Shown piece after piece: positions 10,607 to 20,287 of a DNA stretch of 64,000 nucleotides. How positions within the stretch are numbered: the stretch's first letter is position 1; every line of letters starts with the position of its first letter. The notes under the pieces were generated by a model. It worked only from the letters and a program-made list of their open reading frames with translations, searched no databases and was not told where the DNA came from. This DNA is from an uncultured Clostridium sp. (lineage in GTDB: Bacteria; Bacillota; Clostridia; TANB77; CAG-508): positions 5,522 through 69,521 of the forward strand of contig CAOKQM010000003.1 of assembly GCA_948470875.1 (NCBI GenBank), written 5' to 3'. Both the position numbers and the translations under genes were made by a program.

Positions 10607-12001
10607 ATGTTTGATGAAATGATTGAAAATCAAAAAAATGATATCATACATTCAGTTTGTGAATTGATTGGGTTTAACTCTGTTTCTGTAGAAACTGGAA
10701 ATCCAGATATGCCTTTTGGTAAAGCTTGTAACAATGCTTTAGATTACACTTTAAATTTAGCTAGAGAATTGGGCTTTCAAACTAAAAATTTAGACGGTTA
10801 TTGTGGTTATGTAGAATTTGGTGAAGGAAAAGAAATGCTTGGAATTATTGGTCATTTGGATGTTGTTCCTGCGCAATTAGAAGATGGCTGGAAAACCAAT
10901 CCATTTGCAGCAGATATTCGTGATAATAAAATTTATGGACGTGGCGCCATTGATGATAAAGGACCTGTTATCGCTAGTCTTTATGCCATGAAAGCTGTTT
11001 TGGACTCGGGTGTTAAATTAAATAAAAAAGTGCGCTTGATTTTAGGATTAAATGAAGAAAAATCTTGGAAATGTATTAAGCATTATCAAGAAATTGGTGA
11101 ACAAACGCCAACAATTGGCTTTAGTCCTGATGCTGATTTTCCTTGTATTTATGCAGAAAAAGGAATTTTATCTGTGCGTATTAAACATCCTTTTTCAATT
11201 AAAAATATGGAAATTTTAAACATAGATTGCAAAGAAAATGCTTTAAATGTTGTACCAAAATATTGCTCCATTACTTTCAAAATTTCTTGCGTAGAATCTC
11301 AAATTGCGTTTGAAAACACAGATAAAATAACAATAGAAAAGGTAAATGAATCCACTTTTAAAATAACTTCTCATGGAATTTCTGCTCATGCAGCTCATCC
11401 AGATTTAGGAGAAAATGCGATAACAAATCTAATTCATTATTTGAATTTACATGTCAATCTTGATTTAGAAGAAAATGAATTTGCATTTTTACAAAAACTT
11501 GAGCAAATTGGAGTGCTAGATATTACAAGTCCGCCATTTTTGTCAAGTCAAACAATTCAAGATGAATCTGGAATTTTGACTTCTAATATTGGCTTTTTGG
11601 GATTTGAAAATTCTGTTTTAGAAATGGGAATCAATTTGCGTGTGCCAATCCATACGCCTCTTGAACAAATCAAGCAAAAATATGAAATTTTAACTGAAAT
11701 TTTTCCAGAAGTCGAGGTTGAATTTACAACTGAGCAAGCTCCTTTATATGTTCCAAAACAAAGTTATCTGGTGCAAACTTTAACCAAAATTTTTCAAGAA
11801 AAAACTGGTTTGGATACAAATCCTATTGCTATTGGTGGAGGAACTTATGCTAGAGCATTTCCAAACTGTGTCGCATTTGGCGCTAATATGCCTGGACAAA
11901 AAGATATGTGCCATCAAGTAGATGAGTTTATGGATATACATGATTTAATTTTAAGTACGAAGATTTATGCACAAGCCATTTATGAATTAGGAACTAAATA
12001 A
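10607..12001 (+). CDS. pepV: M20-family dipeptidase, PepV/Sapep type
   Basis: 464 aa; GHLDVVPA, GRGAIDDKGP and the C-terminal GGGTYAR motif. Confidence 0.88.
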   Translation: MFDEMIENQKNDIIHSVCELIGFNSVSVETGNPDMPFGKACNNALDYTLNLARELGFQTKNLDGYCGYVEFGEGKEMLGIIGHLDVVPAQLEDGWKTNPFAADIRDNKIYGRGAIDDKGPVIASLYAMKAVLDSGVKLNKKVRLILGLNEEKSWKCIKHYQEIGEQTPTIGFSPDADFPCIYAEKGILSVRIKHPFSIKNMEILNIDCKENALNVVPKYCSITFKISCVESQIAFENTDKITIEKVNESTFKITSHGISAHAAHPDLGENAITNLIHYLNLHVNLDLEENEFAFLQKLEQIGVLDITSPPFLSSQTIQDESGILTSNIGFLGFENSVLEMGINLRVPIHTPLEQIKQKYEILTEIFPEVEVEFTTEQAPLYVPKQSYLVQTLTKIFQEKTGLDTNPIAIGGGTYARAFPNCVAFGANMPGQKDMCHQVDEFMDIHDLILSTKIYAQAIYELGTK

Positions 12002-12075
12002 AACAAGATTCTGAATATTGCCAAAAAAACAAACACACCAACATTTTTCAAGTTTGCGTGTTTGTTATAAATAAC

Positions 12076-12612
12076 TTATGTATTTTCCGCATTTTTCTTC
12101 ATGATATTTCTTTCTAATTCTTCCCATGACTTGCTAAAAACATGGGAAGCGAATATATCTTTTAAGCCTGTGATTTGTTTTAAGCGAATAATTTCATCTA
12201 ACTCCATTCCTAACTGTTTTGAAATTTCTTGTTCAGACCAACCATTTTGGGTTAATGTTAAAACAATATGTGACATGTCAATAATTTGATGAGTTCCTCT
12301 TGCGCGATTGTGTCTAATCGTACTTGCCATGCGGTTTTCCAAATCTTTTTCAATTGTCACAATTGGAATCTGCTTTAAATGAAAATATTCTTTTGCACAA
12401 CGGTAACGGTGAAATCCATCCACAACAATATAAATATCTCGATTTTTGTCGTAATACGTTACAATTGGTTGTGTGTAACCATCTTCTTCAATGGAATGTT
12501 TTAGCAATTCCATTTCTGGTGGCGCTACTTTATTGGGATTATAATCATTAGCAATCACTTTTTCAATATCCACCATTTTCACGTTTAACACAGGAAATTC
12601 GATTTCGTTCAT
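12076..12612 (-). CDS. ParB/Srx-fold nuclease-like protein, IbrB-like
   Basis: 178 aa; IVVDGFHRYRCAKE and IRHNRARG motifs; its ATG overlaps the stop of the upstream ORF (ATGA). Confidence 0.75.
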   Translation of the reverse strand: MNEIEFPVLNVKMVDIEKVIANDYNPNKVAPPEMELLKHSIEEDGYTQPIVTYYDKNRDIYIVVDGFHRYRCAKEYFHLKQIPIVTIEKDLENRMASTIRHNRARGTHQIIDMSHIVLTLTQNGWSEQEISKQLGMELDEIIRLKQITGLKDIFASHVFSKSWEELERNIMKKNAENT

Positions 12613-12986
12613 TTTTTATTTTCTCCTTTTTCTTTACAAATCATAACAAAATTTTTATAGTCTTGCTTGATAATTTTAAACCCAGTTTTTTGATAAATTT
12701 CTGTATAACAATTTGTTACAATACTTGTTGTAATCTCATTTTCCTGCAAAATTACTCGCAAGATTTCCTCTAAATATTCGTCTTTCATAGTATAAATATT
12801 TTTGATAATATTTTTGTTAATTGACACAAATGCTTTTACTTTTTCATCTTCTACATACAAATACCATTGTTTGTTATCATCATCGTAAATTCTATCATTC
12901 GTTTGTTTTTCCACCAATCTTGACCCAAAAAATTTTCCCATATATGAATAAAAATTTTCTTCTTGATTTGTTATTTTTAAAATCAT
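12609..12986 (-). CDS. small hypothetical protein (possibly GNAT-like fold)
   Basis: 125-aa ORF sandwiched between, and translationally coupled to, the IbrA-like and IbrB-like genes; no firm motif. Confidence 0.45.
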   Translation of the reverse strand: MILKITNQEENFYSYMGKFFGSRLVEKQTNDRIYDDDNKQWYLYVEDEKVKAFVSINKNIIKNIYTMKDEYLEEILRVILQENEITTSIVTNCYTEIYQKTGFKIIKQDYKNFVMICKEKGENKK

Positions 12987-13000
12987 ATTTTTTTCTCCTT

Positions 13001-14288
13001 TTAATTTTCCCCTAAAATTATTTTTTGCAATGTTTTATCATCTGTTACAGTTGTCTTGTTTAATAAATTATCCCATTTATGAATCATTTCCATTAATTGC
13101 TTATCATCATTTTTGGTTTGACCAAAAGATAATCTTCGTAAATAAAAATCATTTTTCTCAATTGCTCTTGCAATTCTTCGCCAAGAAATAACCTTTTTTT
13201 GATTTTCTAATTTACATTCTGCGATTTCTGGAATATCTTTTAATCCTACTTGATATTTATTTTGATACCAAATCATAAATTTTTTGATTTTTCGATAATA
13301 ATGAAGCATTAAATCTCTGTTATAAATCCCGATGCTTTCTAATAAAAATACCGTATATTCTTGCCAAGACATAAACTCTGGCTTGCAAGATTTAATATTG
13401 CCAAGAGCAGTTGTTTTGCAATAAATATTCCCAAAATTAACGCCGATTGACACGATTAAGCACTTTTCCCCAAGTGTCATATTCAAGTGCTTTGAACTGA
13501 TTTAGGCCATTTTTTTGATCATCTCCATACGGCTGGCAAAGCCTTTGTTCATAAATGCTTAATCCATTTTTGTACATTAATTCATAAATATAATTAAATT
13601 TAAAATCTAGTTTACTGACTGCTCCCCAAATATCTTCTGCTGCCCAATCATAAATAGGATAAAAATTATAAACATCGATGTGTTTTTCATGCATTTTTAA
13701 TTTGGTTGTCCAATGATAATTTTCAAAAGTTACTTTTTTATCCTGCAGAGCAATAGTTCGAAAACGATTCAAACTTTCATCTGTTCGAATTCCCACACCA
13801 CAAGCAACTTTCCCGCCATATTTTTTTTGATACCAATCTGCAAATTGCAAAATAAATTCCTCAAATTCTTCGCCTTTTTTAAACCACGAAAATGGACAAT
13901 TTTCCATATTAATACTATCTTTTGGCATATTTCTTACCCACAAATGCTTGCTTTCTTCTTCCCAGCAAATCCATTTTGGTTGCAAAACAGAAACTGCATT
14001 TCGCAAAGCAAGTGGTAATGTAATATGATAGAAATCACGAATTTGTGACAATTTTTTCAATTCTTCTATATGCTGAACTGTATAACGATATTGGGCTTCT
14101 AAATCCACAAAAATAACATCAAATTTTTTGTTCATTTGTGTGGCAACTGTGTTTGCCAATTGCACCATAACAGAACTATCTTTCCCGCCACTAACACTAA
14201 AATAAACATTGTCAAAATTTTGAAATATAATTCTTAATCGCTTAATTGCAGCTTCTAATACATTTTCTTCTAGATATTTTTTTGGCAT
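13001..14288 (-). pseudogene. PAPS-reductase-fold PP-loop protein with C-terminal extension (IbrA-like); frame broken by an extra C
   Basis: PP-loop motif SVSGGKDSS. ORFs 13437..14330 and 13001..13486 overlap; removing plus-strand G 13445 (AAT-C-GGC) joins ...DTWGKVLNRVN|GVNFGNIYCK... The likely start is ATG 14288, which has an RBS. Confidence 0.8.
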
Positions 14289-14426
14289 GTATTTTCCTCT
14301 TTTCTGTTTTGATTGTAACATTTTTGTCATTTTTTGTAAAGTTTTAATTCAAAAAACAAATCGTACAGTTTACCAACATACTAAAAATCAAAATGTGTTT
14401 TCTATTCTCTATATTTTTTTACATAT

Positions 14427-14462
14427 AAAAACTCCTTGCTTTACTTTTGCAAGGAGTTTTTT
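14427..14462 (-). terminator. hairpin terminator just after the cotJC stop
   Basis: AAAAACTCCTTGC...GCAAGGAGTTTTTT, flanked by A and T runs (bidirectional shape). Confidence 0.65.
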
Positions 14463-14463
14463 A

Positions 14464-14946
14464 TTAATCTTTACAAGTTCCCCAATTCATGCCTGGTGTA
14501 CTTCTCATCATATTATTTTTTATAATGATATCATTTGTTTTATCCATTGCTTTGTCTACACCATTCATATAAAACCTTTTTTGTGCCAATTTTTCTTGTA
14601 CACCATTTAAGGCTTCACCAAATCTTTGGAAGTGAACAACTTCTCTTTCACGCAAATAACGTAATACGTTAACAACATCTGGATCATCTTTACACAAATC
14701 AATTAGTTTTTCATAAGTCGCACGTGCTTTTTGTTCTGCTGCCAAATCTTCTGTCAAATCTGCAACTGGATCACCTTTGACAGCAAGCACAGCAGCATTA
14801 AATGGAAATCCAGCTGCTGCTTGTGGATACACACCTAAACCGTGATCTGTATAATAGGCTGATAATCCACCTTTTTCGATTTCTTCAATTGAACTACCTT
14901 CTGTCAACTGATGAACTAAAGTTCCAACCATTTCTAAGTGAGCTAA
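14464..14946 (-). pseudogene. cotJC: cotJC (Mn-catalase-fold spore coat protein), 3' segment of a split gene
   Basis: Encodes LAHLEMVGTLVHQLTEG...AAEQKARATYEKL...LREREVVHFQRF... to a TAA stop at 14464. Upstream in frame there is only HHR-GTEE and then a stop. Confidence 0.9.
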
Positions 14947-15012
14947 TTCTTCAGTACCACGATGATGTCAATTATAAAAATTTAAGGCTATTGGTTGTAA
15001 AATAATATAACA

Positions 15013-15027
15013 GTTCACTTGGTGAAC
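15013..15027. promoter_or_regulatory. palindrome GTTCAC-TTG-GTGAAC (operator- or recombination-site-like)
   Basis: Perfect 6+3+6 palindrome 10 nt past the rhuM stop. Its reverse complement recurs at 16228-16241. Confidence 0.4.
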
Positions 15028-15036
15028 TTGCTAATT

Positions 15037-16065
15037 TTATTTATTATTATTTTCATCTAAATATCTTTGGTACATTTCATCCATACTAGAAATATATTGC
15101 ATATCTTGTTTTATTTTGAATTTTTCATATTCATTTTCTGCTTTTTCTATTGCTTCTTTATGTGATATTGAGCCAGCATTTTCTAATATCTTTTTTCTTC
15201 TAAATTTTAATAAATCATCTGTTGCATCAATCCAATTTTGCATTGTCATCACATGCCTTTCTTTTGCTTCATCTTCAGCAAATACTATAAAGAAATTAGT
15301 TAAATCATTTAATTTTTTCAATTCTTCTTCATTTAAATAATTTTTAGCTATTGTAACATCATATTTATATATTAAACCATCTGGACTATTTTTCCAATTT
15401 GTAAGTCCCATGTGTTCTTTATTTGAATCTACTCTATTATAAATAAGTTCTGCTGCCGTATGTCCAGAAATAGCATAATGTAATTTATTTTGAACTATCT
15501 TAAAAAATGTATATGCTTCTTCTGATTTTGGATTATAGTCAACTGCTGTTGCTATAAATAAATCTGTTATTTTTTGATATGCCATTCTTTCACTTGTACG
15601 AATAGTTTTTATTCTTTCTAATAACTCATCAAAATATTGTGCATTTACTTTGCCACCTTTTAAAAATCTATCATCATCTAATGTAAATCCTTTTATCATA
15701 TATTCTTTAATTAATTTATTTGCCCATGTTCTAAATTTTATAGCAGGTTTTGAATTTACTCTAAAACCAATTGAAATTATCATATCTAAATTATAATATG
15801 AAATATTTCTTGTAACATTTCTATTTCCTTCTTTTTGAACTTGTGCAATTTTTGCACAAGTTGAAATTTCATCTAATTCCTCATCTTTATAAATATTATT
15901 TATGTGTCTTATTATACCAGTTCTATCTATTTTAAATAACTTTGTTAATGATTCAGTATTAAGCCATACATTTTCATTTTCTAAAATAACTTCAACTTTA
16001 ACATTATCTTCGTCATCAGTATAAAATACAATATTATTTTCATTTCCGATTAATTTATTATCCAT
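15037..16065 (-). CDS. rhuM: RhuM-family protein
   Basis: 342 aa; the N-terminal NNIVFYTDDEDNVKVEVILENENVWLNTESLTKLF... and the overall layout match RhuM-family proteins as I recall them. Confidence 0.7.
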   Translation of the reverse strand: MDNKLIGNENNIVFYTDDEDNVKVEVILENENVWLNTESLTKLFKIDRTGIIRHINNIYKDEELDEISTCAKIAQVQKEGNRNVTRNISYYNLDMIISIGFRVNSKPAIKFRTWANKLIKEYMIKGFTLDDDRFLKGGKVNAQYFDELLERIKTIRTSERMAYQKITDLFIATAVDYNPKSEEAYTFFKIVQNKLHYAISGHTAAELIYNRVDSNKEHMGLTNWKNSPDGLIYKYDVTIAKNYLNEEELKKLNDLTNFFIVFAEDEAKERHVMTMQNWIDATDDLLKFRRKKILENAGSISHKEAIEKAENEYEKFKIKQDMQYISSMDEMYQRYLDENNNK

Positions 16066-16227
16066 ATTACATCGACCTCATTTCTTATTTGTTATATATT
16101 ATCAAACTTTTGTTCTTTTGTCAATCGCATTATAATAATTTTATAAAAAGTTAGTACACTCGGTGAACTTTTTCAAATTTTTAGTTCACTATTTTCAATT
16201 TTAACGAAGAATAGCGGGGTTGAGTCA

Positions 16228-16241
16228 GTTCACCAAGTGAA
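16228..16241. promoter_or_regulatory. second copy of the palindrome, inverted centre (GTTCAC-CAA-GTGAA)
   Basis: 14/14 match to the reverse complement of 15013-15027. Additional half-sites GGTGAAC (16162) and GTTCAC (16184) lie upstream of the rhuM start. Confidence 0.4.
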
Positions 16242-16538
16242 TTTCTACATCATATTTGCTTAAAATTTTTGTTTCTTTATTAACTCTTGAAGGCATGTCC
16301 TTCAATGTGTATAGACGATGTGTTAACACTCGCTTTCCTGCCCTCATTTCTAATGGGGTATCTTCAACTTTGACAGTACTTATGTCTACTTAATTAAATA
16401 TACTTATCCTTAAATCCTCTTAACTGAAAAATAATGTGCTTTTAAAATTTAGTCAAGGTTGTGCGACAGCACATGTATTTAACCTTGACTTGATTTTATA
16501 AAGTACATTATAATTGTTTATGTGAGGAGAAGCTTTTA

Positions 16539-18260
16539 CTAATCATCTAAACTTATACTTTGAGTAGAAATTTTTTCTCTTAATTTTGCAAATAAATTTT
16601 GTATATATTGACTATTTACTTTAAATATTTTGCATGCTTCTTTCATTGTTTCATCGCAAAATGTATTTTCAGAAAAATACTTTAATATTTGTCTTTCACA
16701 ATTACCTTTTGACAAATTTCTAATAAATAAGGAAGTATCCTCATCATCTGAAATTTCATCAGTAGTTCCCCTTGTTTTTATGTTTATATCAAATGCTTCG
16801 CCAGTATTTTCACCTAAACAGAAAGACTTTATATTGCTAATAGCATGAAAATATGCTTTTTTATACAAAATAGAGCCATGACTTTCTTCATATACACTTG
16901 ATGTTACAGAAGGGATACCTTTTTCATCTATAGGATTTCCTTTGCTTGCTAGATACAAGTATCCTTCTTGTAATAGGTCTTGATAATATCTTGCACACCT
17001 AAAACCATTTGAAGACATATATCCTATTGCAGACCTAGTTGCTATCCTTAATATTTCTAAAATTTTCTCTACATTGTTTTTACAATAGTCATTTGGCAAT
17101 GCTCCTGATATATGCTCTCCTAAAGAAACTCTTTTCCCATTTTTATAATTATTTGAAATCCTATAGAAATCTTGTCTGCTTTTTTTCATAACATTTACAA
17201 CTAAATCATATGTAGATATTCCTAAAGCAGAAGATATTCTTTCTAATTCATCCCATGAGTAATAAGTTCGTATATTAGGGTTTACTTCACTCATAAAGTT
17301 TTCTCTTTTAGATATAATTAAGTCTTCTTTTTTAGCTTTATATCTTTGTGAAAAACATTCCTTTATTCTATCATCTCTTAAATCATAATAAAGCTGTTCA
17401 CTTTTTCCAAGAACATACACCATAAAATCTCTCACATTTATATGATATTTACCTGAAAGAGTCTCAATTTCATCTTTATCAAATCTATAATCACCAGTTC
17501 TTTGCATTCTTGTAGCAATAAAACTATCTAATATTTCGTCTCCTTTAATTTGCATACATTGATGCTTAAACTCTTTATATTTATCTGACCAATATGTATC
17601 TGCTTCCGAAATTGGTTTATAATATTTACCAAATTTATTTATTCCTAAAACTTGACCTAAAAAATCTCTAATGTTTATTCCAAACTTATTTGCATACTGA
17701 ATAATTTCATCATATGAAAACTTACTAGAAAAATCTGTTTCTCCTTTAGAACTTAAAATATACTCTAAAATATCCTCATTTATAGCATTAAAATAATCAG
17801 ATTTATCTCTTTCGTATTTCCTTGAAGAAACAGTTTTAAATTCTCCATTTTTAAATCTATTTAACATACCTCTACTAATACCAAGTATATTAGTACAAAG
17901 GTCATTCAAATTTATACCTATTTTAAGCTTAATTTTTTTTAATTCTTCAATGTCAAAACTATTAGAAAAATCTACCCTTATTTTTTCTTTAATAATCTGT
18001 AGTCTATATGAAGAACTTTTTTCTTCAAAAAATTCTTGTTTAATTCTTTTATATTCCACACATTTTACAAAATCATTTTTACCATTCTTCAAGTTATATA
18101 TTTGTTGTTTGCTTAGTTTCAAAACATTAGTGAAAAAGTCTTCTAAATCCATATTATAAACTTGAGCAAATGCTTCTATTTCTTTTAATGTAAAATTGTA
18201 TGAATCATCTCTTCTTATTTTTATTATAACAATAGAGTTCCATATTGTATTAATATCCAT
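16539..18260 (-). CDS. 573-aa protein: five tandem HTH-like repeats fused to a sigma-70-like (region 2 / region 4) C-terminus
   Basis: Repeats: FTLKEIEAFAQVYNMDLEDFFTNVLKLS, FDIEELKKIKLKIGINLNDLCTNILGIS, FSYDEIIQYANKFGINIRDFLGQVLGIN, FDKDEIETLSGKYHINVRDFMVYVLGKS, YSWDELERISSALGISTYDLVVNVMKKS. C-terminus: YYQDLLQEGYLYLASKG ... ERQILKYF...ACKIFKVNSQYIQNLFAKLREKI. Confidence 0.6.
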   Translation of the reverse strand: MDINTIWNSIVIIKIRRDDSYNFTLKEIEAFAQVYNMDLEDFFTNVLKLSKQQIYNLKNGKNDFVKCVEYKRIKQEFFEEKSSSYRLQIIKEKIRVDFSNSFDIEELKKIKLKIGINLNDLCTNILGISRGMLNRFKNGEFKTVSSRKYERDKSDYFNAINEDILEYILSSKGETDFSSKFSYDEIIQYANKFGINIRDFLGQVLGINKFGKYYKPISEADTYWSDKYKEFKHQCMQIKGDEILDSFIATRMQRTGDYRFDKDEIETLSGKYHINVRDFMVYVLGKSEQLYYDLRDDRIKECFSQRYKAKKEDLIISKRENFMSEVNPNIRTYYSWDELERISSALGISTYDLVVNVMKKSRQDFYRISNNYKNGKRVSLGEHISGALPNDYCKNNVEKILEILRIATRSAIGYMSSNGFRCARYYQDLLQEGYLYLASKGNPIDEKGIPSVTSSVYEESHGSILYKKAYFHAISNIKSFCLGENTGEAFDINIKTRGTTDEISDDEDTSLFIRNLSKGNCERQILKYFSENTFCDETMKEACKIFKVNSQYIQNLFAKLREKISTQSISLDD

Positions 18261-18472
18261 TTTTACCTCATTTCAAACTATATTATATAATAAATTTACA
18301 TAAATTTCAATAAAATTCCCTACATATATAGAAAGAAGGGAAATAAAAGGGAACTGATTTTATAAATTTCTCATCATATAATGTTACCATAGAAAAATTA
18401 AAATTTGCTCAAGACAGTTTGTCTTGGGTATTTTTTTATGTTTTTCTCATAAATTTTAAAGAGGCGATTTAT

Positions 18473-18616
18473 ATGTTATTAGAAGAATATATTATTGAAA
18501 ACACTAAAGTAAAATTTTATGATGATTACATTGTAAAAAATACAAATACTCAAAAAGAATATATAGATAATATTATTATTAATTTAATAAGAAAAATAAA
18601 TCTTTCTTTGTTGTAA
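18473..18616 (+). CDS. 47-aa ORF immediately upstream of the recombinase (candidate excision or directionality factor)
   Basis: MLLEEYIIENTKVKFYDDYIVKNTNTQKEYIDNIIINLIRKINLSLL; RBS AAAGAGG. A similar small ORF sits upstream of the second recombinase (60592..60738). Confidence 0.45.
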   Translation: MLLEEYIIENTKVKFYDDYIVKNTNTQKEYIDNIIINLIRKINLSLL

Positions 18617-18679
18617 TTTATTGCAATTACAGATATAATAAAGGCAAGTTAAAGACAAATTACAAGGAAAGGAGGAAAT

Positions 18680-20239
18680 GTGCAAAATGGCACATATGCA
18701 ATATATTTAAGAAAATCAAGAGAAGATATAGAATCTGAAAAATATGGAGAAGGCGAAACTTTAGCAAGGCATGAGAAAATCTTGACTACTTTAGCCCAAA
18801 AGCGAAATTTGCATATTTCAAAAATCTATCGAGAAGTTGTAAGTGGCGAAACAATTAGTGAAAGAAAAGAAATGCAAAAACTTCTTAAAGATGTTGAAAA
18901 CGAAAAATGGACTGGGGTTTTAGTTGTTGAAGTTGAAAGACTTGCTCGTGGTGATACTGCTGATCAAGGTCGAGTTTCAAAAGCTTTTAAATATTCTCAT
19001 ACCAAAATTATTACACCTGTTAAAACTTATGACCCAGATAATGAATTTGATGAAGAATATTTTGAATTTGGCTTATTTATGTCTAGGCGAGAATATAAAA
19101 CAATCAATAGACGTTTGCAAAGAGGTCGTGAAATGTCTGTTTCTGAAGGTAAGTTCGTTGGAAATATTACTCCTTTTGGCTATAATAGAGTTAAGCTAAA
19201 AGATGCAAAAGGCTATACCTTATCTATCAATCAAGATGAAGCATCAATTGTGAAAGAAATTTTTCGATTATATACATTTGAAAGTAACACCATAAATTCA
19301 GTTGTAAAACAATTAAACAATATGAATTTGAAACCTAGAATTTCTAATGAATGGACGATTTCTTCTGTAAAAGATATTCTTTCTAATCCTACCTATATTG
19401 GTAAAATTGTTTGGAATAGAAGGAAACAAAAAAAGAAAACTAAAAATGGACATCTTATCATTAGTAGACCTCGTAATCAAGATTATTTAATTTATGACGG
19501 ATTACATGAGCCAATCATTGATAATAAAACTTGGGACTTAGTACAAGAAAAAAGAAAACAAAATACTCCCAAAGTTAAACATAATAATATTATTCAAAAT
19601 CCATTAGTAGGACTGGTCTTCTGTGAGAAATGTGGTAAACCTATGCAAAGAAGACCTTATACAAAAGCTGACAAGCCTGCAACTCTAATATGTTCTAATT
19701 CTAAATGTGATAATGTAAGTTCTAAACTTTATATTGTAGAAGATAAAATAATCGAAGCATTAAGAATATGGCTTGAAAATTACAAAGTAGATTATGAAGT
19801 CAAAGATAATTCAGATACTGAAAATACTAAAATAATTGAAAAGTCTATATCTACTACAAAAAAAGAATTAGAAAAAGAAAATACTAAACTTGATAAAATT
19901 TATGATTTTTTAGAAAATGGTATTTATAGCAAAGAAGAATTTATAAATCGATCTAAATCTATAAAAGACAATATAGTAAATTTAGAAAGTAAATTAAAAG
20001 AATACAATGAACTCTTAAATAAAAATCATGAAATACAAAATAAAAAACAAACAATGATACCTAAATTAGAAAATGTAATTGATTTATACAATAAATTGGA
20101 AACTGCTGAGCATAAAAACATTTTACTGAAAAGCATTATTGCAAAAGTTGCATATTTAAAAACAGAAAAAGCTATTAAAAAAGATTCAGACCCTACTAGT
20201 TTTGAACTACATATATACCCTAAAATATTTAAGCACTAA
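18680..20239 (+). CDS. large serine recombinase
   Basis: 519 aa; resolvase catalytic domain (YAIYLRKSREDIE, VVEVERLARGD), recombinase domain, zinc ribbon (CEKCGKPMQRR...CSNSKCDN) and coiled-coil tail. GTG start behind GGAAAGGAGG. Confidence 0.9.
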   Translation: MQNGTYAIYLRKSREDIESEKYGEGETLARHEKILTTLAQKRNLHISKIYREVVSGETISERKEMQKLLKDVENEKWTGVLVVEVERLARGDTADQGRVSKAFKYSHTKIITPVKTYDPDNEFDEEYFEFGLFMSRREYKTINRRLQRGREMSVSEGKFVGNITPFGYNRVKLKDAKGYTLSINQDEASIVKEIFRLYTFESNTINSVVKQLNNMNLKPRISNEWTISSVKDILSNPTYIGKIVWNRRKQKKKTKNGHLIISRPRNQDYLIYDGLHEPIIDNKTWDLVQEKRKQNTPKVKHNNIIQNPLVGLVFCEKCGKPMQRRPYTKADKPATLICSNSKCDNVSSKLYIVEDKIIEALRIWLENYKVDYEVKDNSDTENTKIIEKSISTTKKELEKENTKLDKIYDFLENGIYSKEEFINRSKSIKDNIVNLESKLKEYNELLNKNHEIQNKKQTMIPKLENVIDLYNKLETAEHKNILLKSIIAKVAYLKTEKAIKKDSDPTSFELHIYPKIFKH

Positions 20240-20287
20240 CATCCAGTATAGAAAAATTCTTATAAAAAATAAAAATCCCACTAAATT

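Noticed and set aside
16250-16450. A possible ncRNA or gene remnant in the 470-bp gap inside the cotJC element. It contains the hairpins TTGAAGGcatgtCCTTCAA and AGTCAAGGTT...AACCTTGACT, and a 40-codon ORF ending ...YDVEIHLVN.
   Set aside because: No recognisable RNA family was found. The second hairpin is adequately explained as the terminator of 16539..18260, and the short ORF has no RBS. It is left unannotated apart from the palindromes.
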